Positions 44,492 through 54,643 of a stretch of 64,000 nucleotides of DNA are shown here, piece after piece (within the stretch, counting starts at the first letter, position 1; each line of letters opens with the position of its first letter). The stretch covers positions 288,001 through 352,000 of the forward strand of contig CAVTDB010000026.1 of the NCBI GenBank assembly GCA_963733375.1. Reading direction: 5' to 3'. The notes under the pieces were generated by a model that saw only the letters and a list, made by a program, of their open reading frames with translations, did not search any database and was not told the DNA's origin. The position numbers were made by a program, and so were the translations under genes. This stretch comes from Nitrospirota bacterium. Its GTDB lineage: Bacteria > Nitrospirota > JACRHJ01.

Positions 44492-45694
44492 GACGCGCGG
44501 TCATAACAGGCATAGGGGTGGTAAGTCCGGCGGGCAACTCGCCTGAAGAATTATTCGACAGGCTCTCCTCGGGCGAGGGCTTCACGGGCGAGATCAGCCG
44601 CTTCGACGCTTCGCGCTACCCGTCGCGTCATGCGGGGCTGGTACATGATCCCGGCGGGGAAGAGATATTTTCCAAGAGGCTCCTTAAGAAGCTGGACAGG
44701 TTCTCGCACATGGCGCTCTCCGCCTCCGACGGGGCGATTCAAAGACAGCGGGATAAACCTGGACGCCGAGGACAAAAACCGGGTCGGGATAGCCTTCGGC
44801 AACGCCCTGGGCGGCTGGTCGTTCGCGGAGGAGGAACTGCGGGACCTCTGGACTCACGGCCTTCGTGAAGTCAGCCCGTACCAGGCGACCGCATGGTTCC
44901 CGGCGGCGCCGCAGGGCCAGATATCCATTTTCTACGGTATAAAGGGTTTTTCCAAGACCATAATCTCCGACATCGCCAGTTCGCATCTCGCTATCGCTTA
45001 CGCCGCGCGTGCCATTCAAACGGGCAAGGCGGACGTGATGTTAGCTGGCGGCACCGAAGCGCCGGTATCGCCTTACGCGCTTCTGTGCTGCAACACCTCC
45101 GGGGAGCTTAGCCTGACCGGGAGCTACAGGCCCTTCAGCAAGGGCCGCGACGGGTATATAATCGGCGAAGGGGCGGCCGTACTCGTCATCGAAGAGATGG
45201 AAAAGGCGGTCGCGAGGGGGGCCAGGATATACGCGGAGGTAAAGGGTTTTGGGCACACAAGCGACGGGATGCACCCGACAATGCCTGATCCGTCAGGCGA
45301 CGGCATGGCCCGCGCCATCGGACTAGCGATGCGGCAGGCCGCTGTCTCTCCATCCGAAATCGGGATGGCTATCCCATCCGCGAATGCGGGGAAAGAAGCC
45401 GATTTATCCGAGGGAAGGGCCCTTTTAAAAATCTTCGGAAACAGGGCTTCTGAACTGCCGATTTATTCGCCGAAGCCGCAGACGGGGAATTTACTGGGGG
45501 CGTCCGGCGCGCTCGATACGGCGTTTGCCTGCATGGCGCTTGGCAGAGGTGAGACGCCGACCCTCAAGGTAATTGATCCGGAATTTGATTTCTTTGACGG
45601 CGGCGGAAAAAAGAAGATCGATAAGCGGGATATCATTATAAATTCCATCGGGCGTGGCGGGGTAAACGCCTGCCTTTTAATCGGAAAGCCTTAA
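44488..45694 (+). CDS. Type II PKS chain-length factor (KS beta) (one indel)
   Basis: GGWSFAEEELRDLW, VSPYQATAWFPAAPQGQISI, YRPF, PKPQTGNL; no catalytic Cys. Confidence 0.9.
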
Positions 45695-45708
45695 GGTAAG
45701 GGGTAAAG

Positions 45709-45946
45709 ATGACGGTAGAAGAGAGGGTCGAAAAAGTTTTCGAGGAAATAGGCATAGACAAAGCTGAACTTCGTCCGGAAGTCGACTTTGAAAAGCGATC
45801 TCGGGATTGACTCGACGGAGATGGTGGAACTGATGGTCGCGCTGGAAAAAGAATTCTCGGCCAAAATCCCCAACGGCGTGATAAACGGCGGGAGCACGGT
45901 CCGCGAGATAATCGACTATTTTCTAACCGTGGCGGCCAGGTCTTGA
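45709..45946 (+). CDS. Acyl carrier protein (one indel; absent from the ORF track)
   Basis: Manual translation MTVEERVEKVFEEIG...DLGIDSTEMVELMVALEKEF...STVREIIDY. Confidence 0.85.
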
Positions 45947-46713
45947 AAATAATCGACCTGAGCACCCCGATAGACGACCTGGCGCCGGAGCCTTTTCCGG
46001 TACAGGTGACCCGGATTGGCCATGAGGAGGGTGCGGAGAGGGTAGGGGAGAAATTTCCCGGAGAGAAGAAAATCGGCGGCGATACTTTCCCCGGCGGGAT
46101 GTTCCTGTCCCATGAAACCGTCCAGGCGTCGGTGCACTGCGGGACGCATGTGGACGCGCCGTGGCATTTCGGGCCGGAGTCGGAAGGACGGCCGGCGAAG
46201 AAGATAGACGAGGTCCCACTTGAATGGTGCTATGGGGACGGTTTTGTAATTGACATGAGGGCCCTGCCGCCGGGCGGAGAGATAAAGCCGGAGGACGTGA
46301 GGCGGGGCTTGAGAGAGATCAATTACCAGCCGAAACCGGGCGACATCGCGCTTATCAGGACCGGGGCGGACAGCTATTTCGGCACAAAGGAATATTTTCT
46401 GAAATTCGCGGGCCTGAATGTCGATGCGGCGGAATATTTATTCGGTCTTGGAATCAGGACCATCGGGACCGACGCGCCGGGCCTGGACAGGCCTTTTATG
46501 GATATGGTCGCGGATTATCAAACGACGGCGGACAACTCGAAACTCTGGCCGGTACACATGCTGGGAAGAAAAAAAGAATACTGTCATATAGAGAGGCTCG
46601 CAAACCTTGGCGCGCTCCCGAGGGCGCACGGATTCAAGTTCGCCTGTTTCCCGGTAAAGATAAAAAACGCGGGCGCGGCATGGGCACGCGCCGTGGCTAT
46701 ATTCGAGGACTAA
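45943..46713 (+). CDS. Cyclase-family (kynurenine-formamidase fold) polyketide cyclase
   Basis: HCGTHVDAPWH, GTDAPGLDRPF, HIERLANL, WARAVA. Confidence 0.88.
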   Translation: MKIIDLSTPIDDLAPEPFPVQVTRIGHEEGAERVGEKFPGEKKIGGDTFPGGMFLSHETVQASVHCGTHVDAPWHFGPESEGRPAKKIDEVPLEWCYGDGFVIDMRALPPGGEIKPEDVRRGLREINYQPKPGDIALIRTGADSYFGTKEYFLKFAGLNVDAAEYLFGLGIRTIGTDAPGLDRPFMDMVADYQTTADNSKLWPVHMLGRKKEYCHIERLANLGALPRAHGFKFACFPVKIKNAGAAWARAVAIFED

Positions 46714-46723
46714 AGGAAAAATA

Positions 46724-47152
46724 ATGGCACACACCAAAAATTCCATATTCATAAACGCGCCTTATGGGAGCGTGTTCGACATTACGAACGACATCGAGCG
46801 CTGGCCCGAGCTTTTCGACGAGTATTCGGACGCGAAAATCCTTTCGCGCGAAGGAAACAAAATAACCTTCCAACTTACCAACAAGGAAGGGAAGTCCTGG
46901 CGCTCCAGCCGCATCCTGGACAAGCCCGGGCATAAATGCTCCGCGAAACGCGAGGAGCCGATGTTCCCGTTCAAATACATGGACCTCCTCTGGACATACG
47001 TCGAGAAAGACGGCGGGGTGGAGATGACCTGGGAGCAGGACTTCTCCATGGACGAAAAAGCGCCGGTGGACGATAAGACGGCCGAGGCCCGCATAAACGA
47101 GCACTCGAAGAAGAACATGCAGAGGATAAAAGAAATAATCGAGGGAATATGA
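46724..47152 (+). CDS. Monodomain aromatase/cyclase (TcmN/WhiE-type SRPBCC)
   Basis: HTKNSIFINAP, TNDIERWPELFDEY, WRSSR, PFKYM, MTWEQDF. Confidence 0.88.
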   Translation: MAHTKNSIFINAPYGSVFDITNDIERWPELFDEYSDAKILSREGNKITFQLTNKEGKSWRSSRILDKPGHKCSAKREEPMFPFKYMDLLWTYVEKDGGVEMTWEQDFSMDEKAPVDDKTAEARINEHSKKNMQRIKEIIEGI

Positions 47153-47875
47153 AGATACTTGGCATCTGCGGGACGCACAAGAGGGGGAAGCAGAAATCCG
47201 CCAGCGATTATTTTCTGCGCAAGGCCCTTGAGGCCGCCGAAGAAAAAGGGGCCGAGTCGGAAGTTATCCGCCTGATAAATTACAACGTGAAGCCATGCCT
47301 CGCGTGCAACCGCTGCCTCTGCGGCCTTACCTGCCCTTTGCTCGAAGACAAGGACGACGACGGGAAGCTCATTTTCGATAAAATGTCGGAGTCGGACGCG
47401 TTTATTTTTTCGTCCCCGGTCTATGCCTATCAACAGCCCGCGATAGTCATGAACCTTTTGCACAGGACCCGCCCCTTGCACGAGCAGGAGCGTTCGGAGA
47501 TATGGGGGACGACTATCACCGCATACCCGAAAAACCCTTTCAAGGGCGCCCCGGTGGGCAACCTCGCGGTAGGCGCGGCGCTCGGGATGGAGGGTGCGCT
47601 CTATTACCTGTTCCATTACCTGAAGGCGATGACGGCGACTTCTGTCGCGTGCGCGGGGATCGCTCTGATGGACGCGGAGATGAGGAACCTCTGCATGGTG
47701 GGAAAGCGTTTCGCGATGGAGCATCCCGGTTTTAAAACACTGCTGGACAAGCCGATGCCGTCTTACGAGGAGAATAAACCCGCCAGCAATGATGGCGCGT
47801 GCGGTGGGCGAGCAGGTGTTCGACGTGTGGAATTCGGAGCTTTTTCAAACGATAAAAGAAGTGCTGAGATATTGA
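47149..47875 (+). CDS. Flavodoxin-family iron-sulfur flavoprotein (one indel)
   Basis: MKILGICG, PCLACNRCLCGLTCP, SSPVY. Confidence 0.82.
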
Positions 47876-48853
47876 TGATATTCGACTCTCATTTCCATCT
47901 GTTGCCGGATGAGGTAATCAAGCACGCCTCGTTCTACAACGACTCCTGGGGCGGTATGGACGGCCATCTTCGTGCAATGGACGAGGCCGGTGTCTCGCGC
48001 GCGCTTATCTCTTATCCGACTACCGATTTTCATCTGAAGGCCGCCCTTGCGGAAACGGATGCGGCGCGGGTATATAACGGGGCGGTGAAGGAAATAGCCG
48101 AGCGGTCGGCGGGACGGATTTCGTGGCTTGGGTCAGTGCCCTTGACAGGGCCTGACGAGATGGTCTCTCTGGGCGAAGAGGCATTGGCGCAAGGCGCGCG
48201 CGGGTTTACCATGCCGACGAACAGCGGCGGGATATATCCGGACGACCCGCGGTTCCTGCCTTTTTTCGAGAAGGCCGAAGGGTGGGGAGCGCCGATATTT
48301 TTTCATCCCACCACGCTTACTCCGTTCGGGTCCGAGAGAGCTGCGCCACCCGCTGATAACGCCCGTGTTCCAGTACGCGTTCGATACCACGCTCTGCCTC
48401 GCCAGGGTTATCGACTGCGGCCTGCTGAAAAAGTTCCCCCGGTTGAAGCTTGTGTTCGCGAGCTTCGCGGGCGTGATGCCGTTTCTTGCGGGCAGATACG
48501 GCAGGACGTACAAGATGCTCCTTGGCCGGGGGATAGTGAAGGACATGGGCGAGGAGCCGGGTGAGACGTTGAAGAAAATTTACGTGGACACTTCCGGCAC
48601 GGCGGACGTAAAGATGCTGGAGCTGGCGATAGATATATTCGGCGAGGACAGGGTGCTGTGGGGAAGCGATTTCCCGGCGAACCGTGAGATAAAGGCGTCG
48701 ATAGACGCCGTTAACGCTCTAAGTTTGAAGCCGCCTTCCAAACAAAAAATTTTGCACGAGAATTTAGATAAGCCTTGCTCGGTTTTTAACCCCGGTTTTC
48801 TTTGGTTACTTTCTTTTACCCAAAAGAAAGTAACGAAAGGTTTTGAATGTTAA
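47875..48853 (+). CDS. Amidohydrolase_2 family (ACMSD/aromatic-acid decarboxylase-like); indels
   Basis: FDSHFH, IFFHP, IYVDTS, LWGSDFP. Confidence 0.82.
48797..48834. repeat. REP-like palindrome, same family as 10945-11043
   Basis: TTTCTTTGGTTACTTTCTTTTACCCAAAAGAAAGTAAC. Confidence 0.7.
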
Positions 48854-50052
48854 TAATAAAAAGGTTTTGATCTTCGGCGCGGGGATCGCGGGTCTTTCGA
48901 CGGCCTATTACCTGCGGAAGGAAGGCTGCCAGCCGGTCGTCTACGAGAAGAGGCCGGATGCGGGCGGACGGTTCGCGACGCTGGAATATGAAGGGGTATA
49001 TATAAATAAAGGCGCGATGATGTTCGCGCCGGCGCTGAACCCGCACTTTACGGAACTGATCAGGGAACTGGGCGTGTCGCACGAGCTTATCAGGCTTAAA
49101 AAATTTGCCCTCCAGATAGGCGATGAAATCACCGGCCTGGATTCCTGGTCCATGTTCAGGAGCGGCTTTTTTACTTTTTCCGAGTACATGCAGTGGAGGC
49201 GGCTGAAGAAGTTTATAAAGGGCCTGGACTTCCGATCTTGAGAGCTGGGACCCGAAGCTTCAGGAGCTTCATTCGATTTCGCTGGAAGAGTTCTGCGTCC
49301 GCGAGATGGGCTATTCGCAAAAGATGCTGGACTACATCGTCCAGCCGTTCTCCAGCTTCGGGTATATCGACCCGCCGCACATTGCCGCGGACCATGGGCT
49401 GTTCCTGTTCGCATACGGCGATTCGCCCGTGCGCGTCCCGCACAAGGGGATGGCGGAGGTGGCGGCCGAGCTTGTCCGGAGGATGCCGGGCGTCGTAAAG
49501 ACGGGGTATAAGGTAGAGAGGGTAAAGAAAAATGCATCAGGGACTTTTGATGTAAACCTTAAGGGGCCGGAGGGAGCGCCTTTGAAGGAGACGGCGGACT
49601 GCGTGGTGTTCGCCACCGGCCAGGAGAGCCTCGGCAAGGTGATGCCGGAGATAACGGTGGACGTGAAATCCACTAAGACGCGCGGAGTGATATTCGAGTC
49701 CCGCACCCCCCGGTACGGCAAATACGACGTCCTGCTTTTTTCCAAATATAAAAACCGCCACGGCATACACGGCGGAGAGATGAAACACCTGCCTGACGGC
49801 AGGACCATCGCCGGGATGTTCATGTACAGGCCGGACGCGGACATCGAGGCCGTGTTCGGGAAATATAAAGAACTGCCGAAGGTCGGCTGGTCTCCGGCGA
49901 TAACGCTCATCCCGCCGGGGAGCAGGACGAGAGGCATCGAGACAGAGGTTCCGGGCGCATTCCTGGCCGGAGATTTCTACCGGCTTCCGTGCATCGAGTC
50001 ATGCGTTTACACCGCGAAAAAAACGGTGCAGGCGATAAAGGGGCTTGCCTGA
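48843..50052 (+). CDS. FAD-dependent oxidoreductase, amine oxidase/protoporphyrinogen oxidase-like (one indel)
   Basis: GAGIAGL, EKRPDAGGR, FLAGDF. Confidence 0.8.
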
Positions 50053-50054
50053 CA

Positions 50055-51416
50055 ATGTCATATGACGCGGTAATAATCGGCGCCGGTCTTGGCGGGCTTT
50101 CCGCCGGAGCGTATCTTTCGCGCGCCGGGAAAAAAGTGCTGGTGCTGGAGAAGATGTCCGAGCCGGGCGGGCGATGCCGGACGGTGGAGCTTATGGGGCA
50201 CCGCTTCGACATCGGCGCGGACTATTTCGGCAAAAAATTACTCGGCGTATTCTCGGAGCTTGGGAAGAGAAAAGAGCTGGAGCCGGTATGGTTCAAGGTG
50301 CGGGCGAATTGCGCGGGTTCCTCCATGACCATCCCGCCGGGCCTGCATACGCCTAAGGACCTTCGCGGCATGGGGATGGGGACGAAGGATATCGGCCGCT
50401 TCGGCCTTAATATGGGCGGGCAGATATTATTCAACCGCTTCAGGAAAATCTCCAATTACAAAGAACTGATAAACAGGATTACCGACAACCCGAGCCTCCG
50501 GGAGATACTGAATGTCGGCGCGTTCTTCTCCGGGAACGAACCTGAAAACATGCCGTCTCACTGGTTTAACCTGGTCTTCGGCAGGACGTATGGATACGAC
50601 AGGCCGTTCATACCCAGGGCCGGTGCGGGGAGGCTGCCGGAGCTTCTGGCCGACGTCATCCGCGAGAGCGGCGGCGGCATAGTCTATAACGCGCAGCCGA
50701 AAAAGATAATGATAAGCGACGGCAAGGCGAAGGGCGTCCTGCTGGACGGCAGGGAGATAGAGGCGGAGAACGTCATAAGCGGGACGGGCATTTTGCAGAC
50801 CGTGCACTCACTCGCGGGCAAGGAATATTTCCCGCAGGGGTTCCTGAACACGCTGGGCTACTACAAAGAGGGTTTTTGCATGGCGAGCGTGTTCACGGTG
50901 TTCAAGAGGAGCGCGAAAATTACTCCGGGCGTGCACCTCTACGCGATGTTCCCGAAAAGTGTCGGCGGGATGTTCAGGACCCTGAAAGACGGCTCCTTTC
51001 CGCAAGATAACATGTATGTCATCTCCGTCCCCGGCGCGGCGCACGACAGCGGCGGGGAGCATCTTGCCGGCACCATAAAGTTCCTCGTGCCCAAGGGCAT
51101 TATCGCAAGAGAGGCTATCGAGGCCGAGGCCGGGAAAGTAATGGCTAAAATGGATTCGCTGATTCCGGGCTTCCGGGAGAGCGTAATAGAGAGCAGGCTA
51201 TACACGCCGATGGACTATGCGGTTAATTTCGGTTTTGTCAGTTCCGTCTCGCCTGTCGCCGAGAGCGTGCATTACGAGAAGATGGATACAAATACGCCGG
51301 TCAAGGGATTATACTGCGTAGGCTCCACGGTGCTTCCGGCAGGCGGCTGTGCCGCGTCGTCGGTGCTGTCCGGCAGGGCCGCCGCGAGACTTATAATAAA
51401 GAATGGCGGAAGTTAA
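50055..51416 (+). CDS. Phytoene desaturase/retinol saturase-like FAD oxidoreductase
   Basis: GAGLGGL, EPGGRC, FDIGA, YTPMDY, TPVKGLYCVG. Confidence 0.85.
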   Translation: MSYDAVIIGAGLGGLSAGAYLSRAGKKVLVLEKMSEPGGRCRTVELMGHRFDIGADYFGKKLLGVFSELGKRKELEPVWFKVRANCAGSSMTIPPGLHTPKDLRGMGMGTKDIGRFGLNMGGQILFNRFRKISNYKELINRITDNPSLREILNVGAFFSGNEPENMPSHWFNLVFGRTYGYDRPFIPRAGAGRLPELLADVIRESGGGIVYNAQPKKIMISDGKAKGVLLDGREIEAENVISGTGILQTVHSLAGKEYFPQGFLNTLGYYKEGFCMASVFTVFKRSAKITPGVHLYAMFPKSVGGMFRTLKDGSFPQDNMYVISVPGAAHDSGGEHLAGTIKFLVPKGIIAREAIEAEAGKVMAKMDSLIPGFRESVIESRLYTPMDYAVNFGFVSSVSPVAESVHYEKMDTNTPVKGLYCVGSTVLPAGGCAASSVLSGRAAARLIIKNGGS

Positions 51417-51489
51417 AATCTCGAAAGGAGGCGAATGGGGTTAGCCGAGTTTTTATTTATTAACCTGATTATCTGACAGGAGGAATGCA

Positions 51490-52080
51490 ATGAAAAAAAT
51501 GCTTTTAATAATGGCCGTCGTCGCACTTTTGATACCTGTTAATGCCTTAGCCGGGTCGAGTGGCCCGGGAGTCCTCGACAAAGAGAACGTGATGACGGAC
51601 AAGAGCCTCGCGAAGTACAAGAGCATCGGGATCAAGATATTCTCCACGGACAACATAGAGTACAATAACGTGGACGACGAGGAGAAGCAGAGAGATGAAG
51701 GGCTACCTGAAGGGACTGGCAGGAGATGCTCGCAAGGACCTGTGAAGAACGAGCTTAACGGGGACAGGGTCACCGCCTTTATAATCGATCCGGACGGCAA
51801 GAACGCCGGCAAGGCGGACATGATAATCGAAGGGCGAGTTATCGCAGATAAACATGGGAAGCGCATTCAGCAGGATGGTTCTGGGGGATGGGCGCCGGCG
51901 GGCGGGGGTCACCGTGAAGGGCAAGCTGATAGACGCCAGGACCGGCAAGGAACTCGCGACAGTTCGAGCACGAAAGCACGTCCGGACTCCAGGGCGGCGA
52001 CAAATGGTCGATGGTGGCAAACAGGGTTAAGGCCACGGGCGACAAGATAGACTGAGTTCGTAGAGAAACTGAGCAGATAA
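51490..52080 (+). CDS. Secreted DUF4410-like protein (several indels)
   Basis: Signal peptide; ADMIIEG, then GWAPAG/GAG and VKGKLIDARTGKELA in adjoining frames. Confidence 0.5.
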
Positions 52081-52116
52081 AGGCCGCACAAGTCCCGGCA
52101 TTCTGGAGTATAAGGT

Positions 52117-53679
52117 TTGCGAACTTTTGTATCCGTGAACAGGGAGACCGAGCCTTTCACCGCGGCCCCGCTCGGCCTTGCGCTCGTCGCTCAAGCGCTC
52201 CGCCTTGCGGGGCACGACGTGCATGCGCTCGACCTCCTTTTCGCGGAAGACCCGGAAGCTGAGCTGAAGCAGGCAATCAGTTCTCTCTCTCCGGATTTCA
52301 TAGGCGTCTCGATTCGGAACATCGAGTCTTCCAGCCGTTTTCTCCTGCCGGATTACAAGGAAGTCATCGGGCTGATAAAGCGGGAGACGGAGGCCCCTGT
52401 CGCTTTGGGGGGGCCGGGATATTCCATCATGCCGAAGGCCGCCCTTCAATATCTGGGAGCGGATTACGGGATAGCCGGAGAGGGAGAAGTGGCCATGCCG
52501 ATGCTTGCGGACGCGCTTTCCGGGAAGACGCCTTTCTCGAAGGTACCCGGCCTTTGCCGGTTCGAAGGCGGCTCCTATATCCAGAACCCGGCAAGTCCGC
52601 TCAGCCTTGATACGCTCGGCCTGCCCGCGTGGGAGTTCTTCCCGGCCGAAAATTACGACATGATAGGGGTCCAGTCTAAACGCGGCTGTTCCTTCTCGTG
52701 CGTCTATTGCACCTATCCGGGGCTGGAAGGAAGAGAAATGCGCCTGCGGCCCCCGGAGGAAGTGGCGCGCGAGATGAGCGGCGCGATAGACGCCGGACTG
52801 ACGGCCCCTTTTTATTTCGTGGACAATATATTCAATAATCCGCCCGGCCACGCCGCCGCCGTATGCGATGAAATAATTAAACGCGGGATTAAAGCTTCCT
52901 GGGGATGCCTTGCAAGCCCCGTCGGACTGGACGGCAGGCTCCTTGATAAGATGAAGCGGGCGGGGTGCGAGAGCGTGGAGGTGGGCGCGGACTCCCTGTC
53001 CGACAGGATGCTCTCAAAGCTCGGTAAGAAGTTCGGGAAGGACGAGGCCGTGAACGCCGTCCGGGCCGCGAAGGAGGCGGGGCTGATGAGCCTCGTGTTC
53101 CTGCTCCTGGGCGGGCCGGGCGAGGACGGGGATTCGCTTAAAGAGACCTTCGACGCCCTTGAGGAGCTGCAGCCGGATAAAGTGTTCGCCGTCGCCGGAG
53201 TGCGGATATATCCGGGCACGCCCCTTGCCCGCATAGCCGAAAATGAGAAATTGATTTCGCCCGAAGACCCGCTTATGGAGCCAAAGTTTTACGTCTCGGA
53301 CAAGCTGGGCGACGGCCTTTATTCCATCGCGGGGGAATATTTCAAGACTCATCCGGACTGGGTCTGCTATCCCGCCAATGGTATTTTACAGGGAATGCAT
53401 CCGAAAGGTATCAGTTCGGGAAGGGGTCTTCATTCACAACCGAAGGATGCCCTGTGGGACGATTTCGCATTGGAGGTGTTCGAGAAAGTCCTGCTGGAGG
53501 TCCCGGCGCTCCTTCGGCCTATTGCGCGCAAGGCCATCCGGAAAAAGGCGCAAGGGGCGGTAAAATCCGGGTCGGTAAAAGCCTCCGACGTAAAGGACGC
53601 TTTTCTCTCCGAGACGCCCCGGCCTTTTCAGGGGCCGATGAGGGAAGCCTTAAGGAAACTGGGGCTGGCCGATGGTTAA
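52117..53679 (+). CDS. Cobalamin-binding radical SAM enzyme with C-terminal DUF2621/PCP_red-like domain
   Basis: PLGLA, GVSIRNI, GEGE, KRGCSFSCVYC, FVDNIFN, RIYPGT; tail WDDFA..VPALLR..ETPRPF. Confidence 0.88.
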   Translation: MRTFVSVNRETEPFTAAPLGLALVAQALRLAGHDVHALDLLFAEDPEAELKQAISSLSPDFIGVSIRNIESSSRFLLPDYKEVIGLIKRETEAPVALGGPGYSIMPKAALQYLGADYGIAGEGEVAMPMLADALSGKTPFSKVPGLCRFEGGSYIQNPASPLSLDTLGLPAWEFFPAENYDMIGVQSKRGCSFSCVYCTYPGLEGREMRLRPPEEVAREMSGAIDAGLTAPFYFVDNIFNNPPGHAAAVCDEIIKRGIKASWGCLASPVGLDGRLLDKMKRAGCESVEVGADSLSDRMLSKLGKKFGKDEAVNAVRAAKEAGLMSLVFLLLGGPGEDGDSLKETFDALEELQPDKVFAVAGVRIYPGTPLARIAENEKLISPEDPLMEPKFYVSDKLGDGLYSIAGEYFKTHPDWVCYPANGILQGMHPKGISSGRGLHSQPKDALWDDFALEVFEKVLLEVPALLRPIARKAIRKKAQGAVKSGSVKASDVKDAFLSETPRPFQGPMREALRKLGLADG

Positions 53680-54572
53680 AGGGACTCATTCATACCGGCT
53701 GGACAAGCACTCTATCTACTGGTGGATCTCCTGGGGGGCGAGGTATATCCCGACCCCTCTCGCCAACTTGATAGGGGACAGGATCGCCGACTGGCTATTC
53801 TATTATAAATCCGAAAATATCGTCCCCGAGCAGGTAAGGAACCTGGACCACGTCCTGGGCCCGGACGTCCCGCATCGGGAAAAGTTCAAAACCGTGCGGA
53901 AACTCTGGCGCAGCCACGGGAGATTTCTGCTGGACCTCTTCCGTTTCGAGCGGATGAGCGACGCCGAGATAGCCTCGCGCGTGCCGGAATTTTTAGGCCT
54001 GGACAATATTCAAAAAGCGGTCGAGGACGGGAAGGGCGCGATAATCTTGACCGCACACATAGGCCATTGGGAGCTGGGCGGGATACTGCTGAAATACCTC
54101 GGGTTCAAGTTAAACGTCGTCCAGCACCTCTACGACTCGGAGGAGCAGAACCGCCTTTTAGACAGGAACAAGGATATCAGGGGGATAAAAATTATCTCCA
54201 CCAACGACCCCGCCGGGTTTGCCCTGAGCGCGTATAACGCCCTGAAAAGAAATGAACTCGTGGCGATTCAGGGGGACAGGGACTTAAGCAGGTCCGGCAT
54301 CAGGGTGGATTTCTTCGGGAAACCGGCGGCGTTCCCCAGGGGGCCGGCGCTTCTGGCCATGAAAACCGGCGTGCCGCTTATACCCGCGTTCACGATAATG
54401 GGAAAGGACGGCAAATACCATCCCGTCGCGGAGCCGCCGATAGAGATGACGGCTACCGGGGACACTGACGCAGGACCTGCGGGTAAACATAAGGAAAATC
54501 GCCGCTGTATTTGAAAAATACGTGCGCAGCCACCCTGAGCAGTGGTTCAATTTTTATTATTTTTGGGATTAA
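53672..54572 (+). CDS. Lipid A lauroyl/phosphatidylinositol mannoside acyltransferase family (LPLAT) (one indel)
   Basis: TAHIGHWE, QGDRD, VDFFG, HPEQWFNF. Confidence 0.85.
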
Positions 54573-54643
54573 TCCTTGACTTAGTGCCCCTTGTTTTGTC
54601 AAAATTACGTACTCTGCAATCGTAGTGGGAGGTTGAAGCGGCA

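Noticed and set aside
41709-48564. Apparent fusions in the ORF track (PanE-TIGR04076 at 41709..42968; flavodoxin-amidohydrolase at 47149..48564)
   Set aside because: Each arises from an indel shifting into the next gene's frame. The proper C-termini and overlapping stop/start codons are visible in the other frame.
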